Below are positions 24,043 through 37,929 of a stretch of DNA of 64,000 nt, in pieces. Each line of letters opens with the position of its first letter. The stretch's first letter is position 1. The notes beneath the pieces are model-generated. The model made no database searches, was not told the DNA's origin, and worked only from the letters and a program-made list of their open reading frames with translations. The stretch lies in contig MU058584.1 in NCBI GenBank assembly GCA_013265495.1, forward strand, positions 4,656,508 to 4,720,507, given 5' to 3'. The position numbers were made by a program, and so were the translations under genes. This DNA comes from Vicugna vicugna. Taxonomy: Eukaryota.

Positions 24043-26598
24043 ATGATTTGCTTGTCTACCTAGAAAGTTTTTAAAAATCTGAGGGGCTTTGTAAAGGGGA
24101 ATCCCCACTGAGTGGCTTTCCTGACTCCTGCCCCTTTTTCCTCCCTTGTGTAAATTCCGCAATGAGGTGAACCTGTGACTCTCAAGTCGTAGTACCTATT
24201 AAAGTATGCAGAGAGACTACTACATGAAAGTGGGTGTCCTCAGACTAGCATCTGAAAGCAGGGCCCTCGTACAATGCTGGTAAAAGTGTGCATTTGTATA
24301 ACAATTCGAAAAGCAATCTGGCAATACCTATTAAATTAAAATAAATATATGCCTTTTGACTCAGAAATCCTACTCCTGGGAATCTATAGAAATAAAAGCA
24401 CCAGGACAGGGGACTATACACATGAAAGAAAGCTTATTACACTGTTGTATGTTGTGGCAAAAAATACAATGCCCATGCCTAGAGGAAAGGCTGAACAAAC
24501 TGTAGAAGAGTCATGCTATGGATTATATTATTAAACAAGAAAGTGTTACAGTGATATCAACTGATCTGGAAGGACTTCCACAATTCATACTGTTAAAGAA
24601 AAAAGCCAAAGTAATAAGTAAAAATATATATTTGGTATGAATATAGAAGTGTATAAAACTATATATAGTAAGAAGCATATAAAACAATCAATGGCCAATC
24701 CCCCAATACTTGTACTATTGTATGATTGTGTAACTATGAAGAAACGTATGGGAAATACACACTAGGCTGCAATTGTTTTTGTTCATGGAAAGGGGTGAGC
24801 ATGGGTATTGTAAGGGAAAAAAGAACAAGATTATAGAAATATATTTATGTTTGTGTATGAAATCAAATATACAAAGTTGATATATTTACATATAATATAG
24901 AAAGTATGTAGAGTATCTTAAAACAGCAGTATAATGGCAATTGAAAATGTAGACTGTAAAATTCACTTTATGACATCATGGTAAATTATGGTAAATGTAA
25001 AAATTAAGTATGTAAATGCAAAGTTCTAGAAGGTGACAAAGACAAATGAAATTTGATTTTTTATGAAACCAAGAGGAAGTTTCTTCTTGGATTTGATATT
25101 TAATGTAGTCTGTAATTATGTAGGTTTTCCTTTTCTTTCTTTTTTTTCTTTTTAAGAGAAAGGAAAAAAAAGAAAAAGAAACCTTTGCTCTGGACTCTGG
25201 AGCGGAAGGATTGCTTCCCTTATATGGAGCAGTGAAGAGAGCTTAGACTTTCCAGCCAGACATTCTTGAGCCTGAGTTTTGATTCTATCACTTAGAAGTC
25301 TTAGGTAAGTGATCTTCAATAAGATATTTGACTTCTCTAAGCTCTTGTTTCAACTATAAAATGGGGCTAACGATTGTACCTACCTCTTTGTAAAGAGCTG
25401 GGTATAGTCCTTGCCATGCAGCAAACTGTAAAATACGTTAGTTATTTGTGTTAGATTAATTTATGGCGATATTAATTGGCATTTTTTTCTTTTTGCTGCT
25501 ATCAAATTGTCCAAAAGAAAAAGCTATCTGTTCTGTGTTCGCAATATTTCCCCTCCCCTATTCCAAAGGAACAGTCAAGGTTTTGTGCTCCTAGTTTCAA
25601 GGGAGCTTTGTATTGTTTGGTGGGAGAGGGAGAGGAGAGGGTAGGTAGGAGATAGGCATAAACAGACATCGAGTTCTCCAAACTGAGAAGGGTACTGAAC
25701 ACTGGGGGAACCCTGAGGGGCAGAGACCTCCTACTCTGCATCCCTGCACCCCCATTCATCCCACCCTTCCTGAAGCCTGGGAGAGAGCGGGATCTCAGAG
25801 GAATGGAAACACCCAGGAGGCTGAGCACAGGCAGCAGAGCTTCTGGGAACCTGCAGGCTGGGGCCGTGGGCATCTCAGGGTGAGCCTGTGGGCCAAGACC
25901 AGAGAGGCTCCTCAAGCATTTTTCTTTCCCTGCCTAAGAGCTAGATCCTTAGACCTCTGTGTTATCCTAGCTGTAATGGTGAATGATGCTGGGGTGAGGA
26001 GTCCCTATTCTATTTGGCAAGGGTCTGAGTTGGATTTAATTTGATTTAAAGAAAATACATAGGCTATATCAAATACCTATCACATTTTTATTCTTTTCTT
26101 ATTTGGTTATTACTATATGACACTGGGGAGGTAGGTTATTTATCTTTCTTATTCTCAGCTTCCTCATCTGTAGAATGGGCAATAATAATAATATATAGCT
26201 CACAGAGCTGGTGCATGTGAGATTGAATGGGAGTGTTATCTCTGACAGTGGCTAGAACAGTCCATCACTGACTATTTTTATTGCTCTCTTTCTCTGTCTC
26301 TTGGGCATTCCTAGCTCTTGGCCTCTGGATAAGACACTTCAGCATTTGGAGCAAAATTTTCCTCTTCTGCTATTTGAATCCTACTTTGTCCTTCAAGTCC
26401 TAACATAAGTATGGGCCACTAATGCCTCCTCTGACCACTAGGCAGACTTCCTTTCTCAGAACTCGCAAAGCATTGATCTTGCTCAGTCCTTTCACACACC
26501 TGACATCTCATGAGCACCCTCCGAGTGGCCGGCTTACTGGGGGGAAGTAGACAAAGTCTGCCTTCTCAGAGCTCACATAAGCAGATTATCTCCATGTC

Positions 26599-26983
26599 TT
26601 TTTTTTTTTTTTCTCCAGAGTTTTCAAGGTTTTATTTACCACAAATAAAGAGTGCACATGAGCTGTTTATCCACTTTCCTCCCTGGGCAGCCTGGCGTTG
26701 GGGTCAGTGACTCTGACTGCCAGCTGTGCTGCCCTTTCCAGGATGGCTTTGCCGATTTTGGAGGAATTGTGCACCATCTCAGAACAGTAAGAGCTGTTGC
26801 ACATCAGCAGTGCTTGCAGCTCCTGGACGTTGTGGAACAGGACCTTCTGGAAGCCTGTGGGCAGCCTGTGCTTTTTTTTTTTTCCTGTTGCCCTAAGAGC
26901 CATTGTTGGGCATCAGGGTATGGCCCTGAAGGGTGGCCATGATGCTGAGTAGGAGATGCTGGCAGTGCTGAGGGAGAGAGCGC
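26599..26983 (-). pseudogene. RPL32: Processed pseudogene of ribosomal protein L32 (eL32), internally deleted and frameshifted
   Basis: Minus-strand translation [66 protein letters not shown] matches the RPL32 C-terminal half; pyrimidine-rich 5' end, ATG at 26940, AATAAA at 26631-26636, poly(A) at 26599-26612, no introns, TSD ccRtgtcttttttt (26592-26605 / 26984-26997). Confidence 0.93.
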
Positions 26984-28459
26984 CCGTGTCTTTTTTTATG
27001 TAGATGTGTCACTTTCCCAAATACACTGTCTGCTTCCTAAGGTCGGAAGTGGTGTCTTTTATCTCAGTGTTATCTAGAGCAGTACCTAAAATACAGAAGA
27101 TACACAATGTATTGAGTGAGTGTGCCTTTAGCCAGCAATTCCTCTTTCTCCCTTAAAAAAAAATTAAATCCCCACTTCTGTCAATAACTCTGAAATTCCT
27201 GGGTGCTGTGATCCATACCACCCCAGTCCAGCACAAACCAAGCTTGTACATGTTAGAATACACAGAATGATACAATCTTTTCAAGATGGCTGACTGAGGA
27301 CTGTAGGGTGCGGTATGTGGCCTGGACCTGAACAGAGTGGATATCTATAGGATTCTGGGAAGAAGCTCCCACCAGGGACCCATTCTTTACCTGCTTTTGT
27401 CACCTGAGCTGGCTTCAGAGTTACTCTTAGACGTCTAGCAGAACAAAGAGTTAAAATTACTGGAGATTTCTACAACTCTGTGTTAGGGGTCAAGTAACAG
27501 TCCCCCATACCTTTCCACAATCAAGAAAACAGAGCTATGTGTTTGAACATTTTAACCATTATAATAACTGATACTTCCATAGCAATTAATGAATTGTGAA
27601 GGGCCGTCACATTTGTGACCAAGCTGAGGGAACTGACATTACACTATCACTATTATAGTTATTACTATTATGTGACAGAAACAGAGATTCAAAAACATTA
27701 TCTAAAGCAGTTATCAAACAGCAACAACATAGCAGATCCAGGAAATGAATAGGTCTACTGATTTCTGTGTTCTTTACACGCACAGTTTTTTACAGAACTT
27801 TCTCGGAAGTCCACCTCATCTAGCCTGCAAAGCTTTTATTATTGTGAAGGAGAAAAAAAGGCTTAAGGTGATTCCTCAAGACCTAGCAGTGTCTGCGTCA
27901 TGGTTGCTCTCAGTAAAAACTTACAAATGAAGGAACATATCTAGTCACAGGCCTAAACTTTTTTTTCCTACTTGACCCTTGCAAAAAGACACTGAAGAGA
28001 CCTGTTAAAATATAAATTTATAATTAAACTGGAGTGACATGCAAATCACTAGTACACTGTTTTAAATTAGCTTCTTAGATGATTTTGCTAGTTATCTAAA
28101 GAGTACAGAGACTTTGGGCACAGGGCAAGTGAATTTTAACGTGAGGGGAGGAAGCAAGGTTTTGCAAAGTGTAGCCCAAGATAGTAGAACTGTACGAGGT
28201 TCTGCAGTGATCAGACCTGTGTGGGAAGCCAGGGGAAGTTGCAAGGGACTCACAGCTCAAAGGGGTTGATGTGATCGTAACAGTAGAGGAAAGAGGAGAT
28301 GTGATGAGACTAGTGACAAAGCTTGCTGAATATACTGTTAAAAATTCACTTCGGCTTCCTTGATTTAATTATTCAACAAGTATATGTTGAAGGTTTTTCA
28401 TGTGCTAGAAAATGCAGTCACAGCCTCTCCCACATAGGAGCTTATAGCAGTGGTTCTTT

Positions 28460-28880
28460 TTATTTGTTTGTTTGTTTATTTACATATTCATTTATTCATT
28501 ATTGAAATGTAGTCAGTTTACAATGTTGTGTCAATTTCTGGTGTATAGCATAATGCTTCAATCGTACATGTACATACATAAATTCCTTTTCATATTCTTT
28601 TTCATTATGAGTTACTACAAAATACTGAATATAGTTCTCTGTGCTATATATAATATAAACTTATTGTTTATCTATTTTATATATAGTAGTTAGTATCTGC
28701 TAATTCTGAACTTCCAATTTATCCCTCCACATCTCTTTTCCCCCACCAGTAACCATAAGTTTGTCTTCTATGTCTGTGAGTCTGTTTCTGTTTTGTAAAT
28801 AAGTTTGTTTGTCTTTTTTTTTACATTTCACATATAAGTGATATATGGTATTTGTTTTTCTCTTTCTGGCTCACTTCACG
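28460..28880 (-). mobile_element. L1 3' end, antisense
   Basis: Closely similar to 50696-51090 (tagtcagtttacaatg..cagcataatg..tgagtctgtttctgttttgtaaataag). Confidence 0.85.
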
Positions 28881-31292
28881 TACACACAAACTCTTAAGTC
28901 ATCTCCTAGTCAAAAACTTTATTGGTTTGGTATAAGCTATTTTCTGGGGAGAGTCATTATGATGGTGAAAATTATTATAATCGTTTATATTCCTATTTCA
29001 GTACATTACAGTTAGGGGAGAATCCAGGAGAGAAATGATGACGGCCAGAAGCAACATTGTGATAGGACAAAGGGAGGCGGGCATATTCCAGAGATCTGAA
29101 GCCCAGTGGGGTCAACAGACGAGCACTGAGGTCTAACCAATTCTCCCCAGGATCCTGGCCTGGGTGACTGACCTGATGGAGGTGCCATTCACCAATAACC
29201 ATGGAAAACAAATTCTTATATAAATTCCTAGACTATTGGTGGACTGGAATCATCCCAATCCATTCAAATTTCTCAACTGAAATCTGTCTTCCTGTGAGGA
29301 CTCTGCTTCCCTCTCAGCCCTATGAGTGGGGCAGCTCATTCTTTCCTAGCCTGGATCCCTCCGAGGTGGGGGTGGGCGTCAGTGGTCTCACTCCACACTA
29401 ATGCTGCAGGACCATCATCTTCTAATTGTCCCCCACTCTGCCACCCCCTCTCCTCTCTGTCATCTTCAGGCCTGTCTGAAGGATTTGATGACTGGCCTAC
29501 TGTTGCCTTTCTTTCCCAAGTCCTGCCATCATCCTGGGTGACTACTGTGCCCAGCGGATAGTTCATCCACTCAGAGTCCTAGCAGGACATCCCTGGGAGG
29601 TTTTTTCATTAGCTGTAACTACCCTGCTGTAATTAGGATACACTACCACCAGGTTGGCAGGACACGTGGGTCCTGGGCTATGGTAGCAATATCCAGGTGT
29701 CTCACACATATCTGAGATCATGACCTGCTTTTACACAAAAGGAGGATCTGAGTTAAATTTTATTCATGTTAAGAATTAAATGAATTCATGTAAATCACTC
29801 ACCATGGTGTCTGGCACAGAATAGTTACCCAATAAATCATAGTTATTATCATCACCACTATTATCATCAGGCTCCAGCCCCGCTCCCCACCAAGGGCATG
29901 TATTTACACACACACACTTCACCTAACAGAAGGAGAGCACTCTGTCTACCAACTTGTAGGGACATCCTGCCCCATCCTAGGGTCTTCTGCTCTCTCTCTG
30001 GTGAGTGTATCAGCTTTTAAGTAGCCTCAGGGCTTGCCTTGGCCCAGGGATTCTCTGAGTTCAGTGGACATAAAATTAGGCTGAGGAGATTTTTAAAAAT
30101 GAAGCCCTCCTCTCAAATCAGATTTCACCTTTCTAGATTCCGAATCGGTACTTCTGGGAGGAGCAATAGGCATGTTTCTATTTTGCCTAATTTTTATCAA
30201 GTGCTCCCGGTGATTCTGATGCATGTGGCCTCAGCACCACACTTCTGAGAGCCAGCATTGCCCTGAACAACCAGCACGCACTGGCCCACGTCTGTGACAC
30301 CGGTGATGCTAATGGACAGAGGTCATGAGTCAGTACCTTTGGGAGCACTGCCCTACATACTTGTGTGTATTCTCTGACTTAATCTTACTTACAATCCTGT
30401 GAGGCATGCCATTATTAGGAGTAATAATGAGAAAAAATAATGAGAAAAGTTAAGCTTAGCAGAGGTCACATAACTAGCAAGTGGCTGGAGAAGATTTGAA
30501 TCCAGGCAGCCTGGCTCCAGATCCCTAGTGCTTATCCACTTCGGTTCCTCCCCCAAAGCCTGTTTAGACTTTTTCCATTTCAAGGTGAATGTTGAAGAGT
30601 TCACTTGCCTCAGCCTTATCTCTGCTCAGGGCAGTCTGATTGTTCCCACCCCGTGACAGCAATAACCCCTTGGGATTTTTATTTTCTTTTTGTTTAGCAT
30701 CAGCCATGGAGCTCACAGACCCAATTCCCACCACTCCACTGCGCTCTAGCCACGTTACAACACAGCATCGCCTACATCCATTCTCTGCTCCTTCGCTAGT
30801 GCTGCTTCCTTTGTGTGGGTGAAGATCTTGGTGGGACCTGACCTAATACTGCAGTGATGGGGCTCTGCTTCTGCGCCCACTGCCCACGGCAACGCGCACA
30901 GCCTCCTGCTTGTGCTCGCCAAGAGAGACGTAACCCCCACTGAGGATCCACTTAGATCTCAGCCCCAGTCTTCCCTCCTCCCACCTCTGCCAGCTCATCC
31001 CCATCTCCCGGTTTTGAACTCACATTTAAGTTTATTATTTCAGAAAGCCTACATTTACCCATTTAAATTCCCCACATGCAAATGGCCTCTGTTTCTTTTA
31101 TCTTTGTTTTCTCCCCTAAAATAAGCAGCGAAAAGAAAGAAAAATATCTTGACCATAAAGCATCCCCGGACAGACAGCATGAATTCCTGCTGTCGTTGTA
31201 TTTGGTTTTGTTTTAACTGTGTTTCCCTAGTAGATGTCTCAAAAATCCCCGGGCCCCCTGCTTCAGTTCTGTCTTCAGCAATTGGCATACAA

Positions 31293-31486
31293 AACGAGTT
31301 TATACTGTATAGCACAGGGAACTATATTCAGTTCCTGCATTATTTTGTAGTCATCTATAATGAAAAAGAATATGAAAATGAATATATGTATGTATATGTA
31401 TGACTAAAACATTATGCTGTGCACCAGAGATTGATACATTGCAAACTGACTATACTTCAAGTTTTAAAAAATGAAAGAAAAAAAGA
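31293..31486 (+). mobile_element. 5'-truncated L1 3' end
   Basis: tactgtatagcacagggaactatattca..actgactatacttcaa plus A-rich tail; TSD aattRgcatacaa (31280-31292 / 31487-31499). Confidence 0.85.
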
Positions 31487-34279
31487 AATTAGCATACAAT
31501 AGTTCCCTTAGTTATAGTGTAGCCTTTGAAGTTTTATAGCTTGGCATTTCTGTGAGTTGAATTATAGCACCCAAAGCAAAACTGTACTTTTCACTAGAGT
31601 CTATTGCTGTAAGAAAACTTTAAAGAAGTATTTTATGTCTTATTAAGAAATTATGCAGTGGCTTTTTTTTCACACGCTTAAAGGTAATGTTTGAAGGTCA
31701 AGGTCTTTTACATTTTTATATTCTCCTGAGTCCCCAAATGAATGCCCATTTATAGTAAAACAACACTAGTTCTCCACAAAATGGACACGATTACTCCAAT
31801 AGTTAACATCAATTATTGTAACAATGAAATTGTGCTGCTGTTTCCTTTTATAAATGGTTGTAAAATAGGATGATTTACCCATGTTCCCTCAGCTCCTTCT
31901 CCACTGTTGCATGCCACACACTGAAATCTATGCTCACAAGTGTCCATATGTTATATATACACAACAAAGCACTACAATATTTGTGTAATGAAAACTTTAA
32001 TGCCAAAAAACAACATCAAAGACAAAAAAGAAAAAAAAGAATCAGCACAAACAATGCCACTGATTCTGAGAGTATTTCACTGTAAGCCAGTAGAGTGCTC
32101 TGAGAGGTAGGGACCACTGTCAGGACGGCGACATGGTGGCTCCTGTTTCCTGGTATCCAGCCATGCTTCAGGCAAGCGAAAATTCACACAGGTCCTCATG
32201 GATTCAAACAAATGCCTCAGAAGCTGAAGTAGGAGTGTTAATTCTCATGTCAATTACTCATAATTCAAATGGGTGTATATTGGGTTATGACTATAGATAT
32301 AAAAGACCCGGAGGGCTGCCCTATAAGTAGATACTCCCCTGTTCTGCCTATTTGGTGAGCCTACAGCTAGCAGTTTTAATTTTGACTTTCGACTACAGTT
32401 CCACTGCACAGAGAAATATCCTAGTATTCACCTTTAATCCATCCTCTTGGGGGTCCTCAAGCCTTGTCAAGGTGTTGCTTAGATATTAGGTCTGCTTTTG
32501 CCCACCAAAAATCTGTGAAATGGGTAGAGGTTAAATTGTATAATTTTTCTTTCAAATTTTCCTTTTTTCATATCTCGTTCTGCTAATATTTTCTGCCGCT
32601 GCTGGGACTTGCCTGTAACAGCAGCACCACATACTTGAAAAGCCTTCTGTTCCCCCTCTAATCAGCCCAGAGACTCCTGTTACAGACGCTGAGGGTCGGG
32701 GGTGAGTATACGCCTTCCTCGGAGAACCACTGTCTCCAAACCCCAATGGGCTTGCACCAGCCTGGCCCCTTCTTGTACCAGCTGACTCTGCCATGCTGGA
32801 CACTGAGCCAATCAGCTCCTCTCTTCTGGAAGTCTGAAATGTGAACCAAGAGGTTGCTATCAAGATGTCTACCAGGAAGCTCTGGGGTGGAGAGGTGCAT
32901 ACAAAGAGAAGCAGAGATGGCTGATCTGCAGAGAGAGGAGAAGGAAGCGCAGGCCCAGACAGGAGAGAAAGGAGAAAGACAGAGACTAGGCGCCAAGGAG
33001 AGAGAGACTGTGCAGGGCTAACCAGCTCCTGACCCCTTCCTTCCTGAGACCTGGTTATTCACTTCCTCCTCACGTTCCATGAGGTGACCCCCAGTTCTTA
33101 AACCCATGTTCTCTTTTTTAAAGAATAGACTACTTCGCTAAAGCTAGGTTGAAGAGGGTTTCTATTACTTTCAACCCAAAGTAACTTGACTAAGATACTC
33201 CCTAAGGGAATATGTCTTCGTGTTTAGCAGTCTTCTCATCTATAACCCGGGGGTACTGAGTCTACCCTCAGGCACTTAATCCCTGGAGACACTGCGAGGC
33301 CCTCAGTCAACTCCCTGTGCGTGGTTCTTTCTGTGCCCACAGCTCCACTGGCCATCTCTGCTGCCTCTGTCCACTTTTCCTAAGACGTCCTCTTCTCCTT
33401 GGCCGCCTTTACACTGGGACAGTGGGTCCCAAGTGCCACCTCTTCCGTTTTGTTTTGACATAAACACAATTCCCTTTGAGAATTTTTTTTTGTAAAAAAT
33501 TCCCATTTAGGCAGTTAGGAAAAACAGAGAGCCAGAGAGTGGATTTTTTAAAAGACACAGGAGGAGAACAACACATAAAGTGAGATGTTATGCATTCCAA
33601 GGTCCTCATGTTGTTTAACAGGAGGAGAGTGATACAGATGGATAGACTTTAAGTCTGAATGCTAAAAATGTCAGGGGGACCACAAAACAGCAACAGAATA
33701 TATGACTTAAGTCCCTGACTTTGTTCATCGTTAAGTCAGAACAGTAGGGAGTTTCTAAAGCTGCCTGTGATGAGTATCTCTCGCCTTAGAGCTGCCAGCC
33801 TGAAACAGCAGACAGTGAGCTTCAGTGACGGTCCCGCAGGTGGCTGACTTTTAACACAGGTTCAATTTGCAGATGTGCAGGTCTCTTATGTGACTTAAGG
33901 ACATGTATTAGAGGAGTTGGAGTTTACAGTAAGATTTTGGGGAAACTTCAAGTACTCTGACCCTACAATCCCCAACCCCTCTTTCTCTCTCTTATGAGAT
34001 GGTCCTGCCTGGCTTAAAAACTATAGGATGACCGTATCGGAGGCAGATAATTTGCAAAAGGGTTCCAGTTCTCTCTGTGCCCCACACCTACCACTTCTCA
34101 TTGCCTCTAGATCCTTAACAATACTCACTCTCAGCATAGCCAGGGGTCAAGTTGCAAAGTCAAATCCAAAATGCTTAAACAGCAAGCAAATGGCAATATT
34201 TTGCTAATTTATATTGGCAAAACCCCAGGAAACAAGTGTTAGAATAAAATCTGAGGATGTTGGTCCAGTGAGGGAGCAA

Positions 34280-35090
34280 TGTAATTTTAGCGTGAGCTGA
34301 ATGCTTTGATATGTTTATTCAGTGCGGGTGTGAACAGCTGGGACTTGTGTACTCAGTAGGATGACTGAAACCTGAACTCAGTCATGACCACTGATGACAG
34401 AACTAGAGACATAGGTTTTCCTTGATTTAATGTAGAAGTAATGCAAAGACAGGGTGATAAGAATGTTGGAATGAAGTTCTCATGTGTAACCTGCTCATTC
34501 ATGTCCTAATTATGTCCCCTGGGAGGACTAGAGGATGTTCTTTACCAAGAAATACAACAGTGCAAGGGGGATCACCATCCTTGGAAAGTGTTTTGATGGC
34601 TGACCTCTGTAGCGCAGGGATGGAGTGGGGAGATGTTCCACTGGAATATACTCCTTGATTTCTGTACGGATGTAGGGATGCCCAAGATGTCAAAAGCCAA
34701 ACAGAAGCACTTGATTGACCAGAGGCAATGTGAATATGGTAACCATAACAAGCAGCAAGAACCAAGTGATCATCTGAATGAACTGACCCACAGAGATCTT
34801 GGGCGGGAGCAACTGATGATGGGTCTTTAAGTCAGGAATAGATGGGCAGATCATTAAGGTTCTACTTGATTGATATTACCAACACAACCCTAAGTATAGT
34901 TAAAATAAAAAAAAAAAGGAGGAGGAGAAAGGGAAGGAGCAGGAGAAGGAGAAGGAGAAAAGAAAACAAACAAACCCTGGATTGTGTCACCAGGGGAGCC
35001 ACAGCCCCTCCTCTCATTCTGAGATCTGAGTCAGTTCACAGATCCTGAACCCCTCAAAGGAGGGAGAAGCTGGGTAGCCTTGCGGATGGA
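34280..35090 (+). mobile_element. Degenerate ERVL/MaLR internal fragment
   Basis: Resembles ERVL gag-region relics (atgtcccctgggagg..atggggatcaccatcc-like..gtcaggaatagatgggcag..tctacttgatt); no open frame. Confidence 0.45.
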
Positions 35091-37596
35091 CAATTTGGCC
35101 AAATTATTAGCAGTTTCAAGATCAGTCTTTCTGCATGCTATTCTATAGTGCAGAAAGAACTCATTCTGAGACAGAAGACACAGTTAAATCAAATTATAAC
35201 TGATGCAGTATACAAATTTGAACAATATTGATTCTCTCCCATAATCCAGATCATTCATTCACAAGTGTCCCCACATCAAGCAGGTATTAGCATTCACTGC
35301 CAATATACATCATTTGAAATTTCACATGCAGGGGAACAAAGGGAGTTTTCCACAGGCTCTTCTTCAGAAAATCCAATTTTCTTCTCTCTTTTCATACGGC
35401 CATGTGTTTTCTCTTGTTCCACAATGCGCCAGAGGACAACACCAAGTTCAAATAATGTAAGTAACAAGGAAGTAGATTTTACCTCGGTCTAAGCTCTATC
35501 ATTAGAGTTTCATAAAAGGCATAGGCTATTTAGAGACAGTAAGCTTCTGCTTAACAAAGTTTTTTGTTTGTTTGCTTGTTTGTTTTTGAAGAATTATACA
35601 TTTACTTGCCAAGAAAGGATATGGTATGGCTTACAATACACCTACATGGTGGAGCCTCTACCTGCCTCTCCAAACCCTTCTCAGGTCCTTCCACTCCAGT
35701 CACACTGGTCTTATTGCTCTTCCTAAAATGTGACAAACCCACTGTCTTCTCTGGGCCTGGACTATCTGATGCCTGGAATGTTCTTCCTCCAGAATTTCTC
35801 ATGGATATTCCCTCCTATCAGCATGTCTCTGCACGAGTGTTATCGCCACAGATAGTGCTCTTCAGATCACTCCACGTATACAGTGTGCTCTCCAGCCCCT
35901 AAACACACACACATACACACCTCTTTCCACTTAATTTGCTTAATGTTCTGCACAGAATTTATTCATGTCTGAGTTCATAAGTTTTGTGTTTACTGGCTTA
36001 TTTCCTGTCTTCTCCATTACAGTATAAGCTCCAACATGAAAGGAATCTTGCCCTTTTAAATCACTGCTGTGTCCTTATACCTAAAAGTTTCTGGTATCAT
36101 AATAGGTTCTGGAAAAAAGTGTAGAATGAGTAAATTTCTTTAATAACCAGTTGTTTGTTCTCAGAACTGAATCTTGGCAAACTTGGAGAGTAGACGATTT
36201 GATTTGGTGGTTTTAACATCCTATGCCCAATCTGATCGAAAATGAACTCCCCTCATCAAGTTCCAGGTATTAGTCTATCCCAAGAACCAGCTTTATAAAT
36301 CAGATAATTGTTGCATGATGGTTCTTGCATGGGCACTGAAAACACTTTGTCAGTGTCTAAATACCTCTTTCTAATGTGTGAGTGCTTGAAATTGTACTTT
36401 TAAAGATTCATTTTTTTGTATCCTCAAAGGATTTTAGTCTTAAAGTCCTCTAATAAATTGATGAATTGGAGGCTACAGAGATACCTGGGTTAGTTGTTAG
36501 ATTTTAAATTTAAATAAAAATACTCTTCTAATAGGAAATCATCATACCTTGTCTAGGAAAATTTTGGAAAGGGACAAATGTTTTCGGAGGGTAGATGGGA
36601 AAGAACTGATTCAGTTCTGGATAGGGTGGCCTGGCACTTCTCTATCAAGGCCAGCTCATAGAAAATGATATAATAAAATCTTATACTAAGATGTAAATGA
36701 CTGATTAAGCAAATTTGTGGCCTGTTGCCCTATGTAGAAGCAATCGAAATTTTAGATGAAATTGGACAGATGGATAACATACATTTTGAGGGGCAGGGGA
36801 GTCCTGCCTTGTATCACTGAAATCATATTTTGGAATTTTACTGTCAATTTTACTGTCTGTTGTAAAAAAAGGTGTGAGTGTTGTTTTGTAATAAAATGAA
36901 TGCTTGGCAGATAGCAGGTGTTTAAATTTTGACATTCATTTAGATGAATGAATGGACAGTGATAACTGGAATGAGCGACGTTGACTTAAATGTTGCTTCA
37001 GAGAAAGAAGTGATTAAATCCAGTTCCAAGATTCAGAAAAAGCCTTTTTTGAGGCAGGTAGAGACCTATGGAAGGGGAAATAATCCAAGGAAGATCATTC
37101 CAGCTAGGGAAAGGCGCAGGGGCTGGAGAATATTTATTTTTAAAAATTGCCAGGTCGAGTCTGAAAAGGGACAGGTTTGAGAATGAGTTTCAAGCAGACA
37201 GAACAGCAAGAGTAAGGGCTCAGAGGTAGGACTGAGTGCAGGTGGGTAGGGCTGGGAGGGATTTGTTGGAAATGAGGCCAGAAAGGAAGATTTGGGAGAT
37301 GCACGAACATCAAAGCCTATCATTTTGAGGCAGCGGAACCCAAAGCATTGGTTAAGTCGTTTGTCAAGGATGCACAGAACAGCGTTGCAAAAGAGGATTT
37401 CGCACTGGGTTTCCAGTGTTGTTTCCAATATACCATGTGCTTAGGTAATAGCTAGACAAGGAAAGACTTTAATGTCCAAAAGATGAAATTTTGGGTAGGA
37501 GTCTTAGTCAATAGTAGCTCGATGTCCAATTCAAAGTCTTGTAGAACTTGATGCTGGATCTCCTAAGCTCTAAGTGACTTAAAAATTTTGGCCTCA

Positions 37597-37833
37597 GGAG
37601 GTGGGAAGGGACAGACTGGGATTTCAAAATGTAGAATAGATAAGCAAGATTATACTGTATAGCAAAGGGAAATATATACAAGATCTTGTGGTAGCTCACA
37701 GCGAAAAAGACAATGAATTATATGTATGTTCATGTATAACTGAAAAATTGTGCTCTACACTGGAATTTGACACAACATTGTAAAATGACAGTAACTCAAT
37801 AAAAAAAATGTTAAAAAAAACGAAAAGATAAAA
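37597..37833 (+). mobile_element. Young L1 3' end just upstream of the TIPRL promoter
   Basis: L1 3'-UTR sequence ending caataaaaaaaatgttaaaa; perfect 16-bp TSD aaaaattttggcctca (37581-37596 / 37834-37849) at a TT/AAAA site. Confidence 0.88.
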
Positions 37834-37929
37834 AAAAATTTTGGCCTCAACAGAAAAATGTAGAGCACCTCCTTCCTCTCTATGATTCGGCAACACGCGA
37901 GATAATTCACTGCTTTGTAAGGTCCATAT

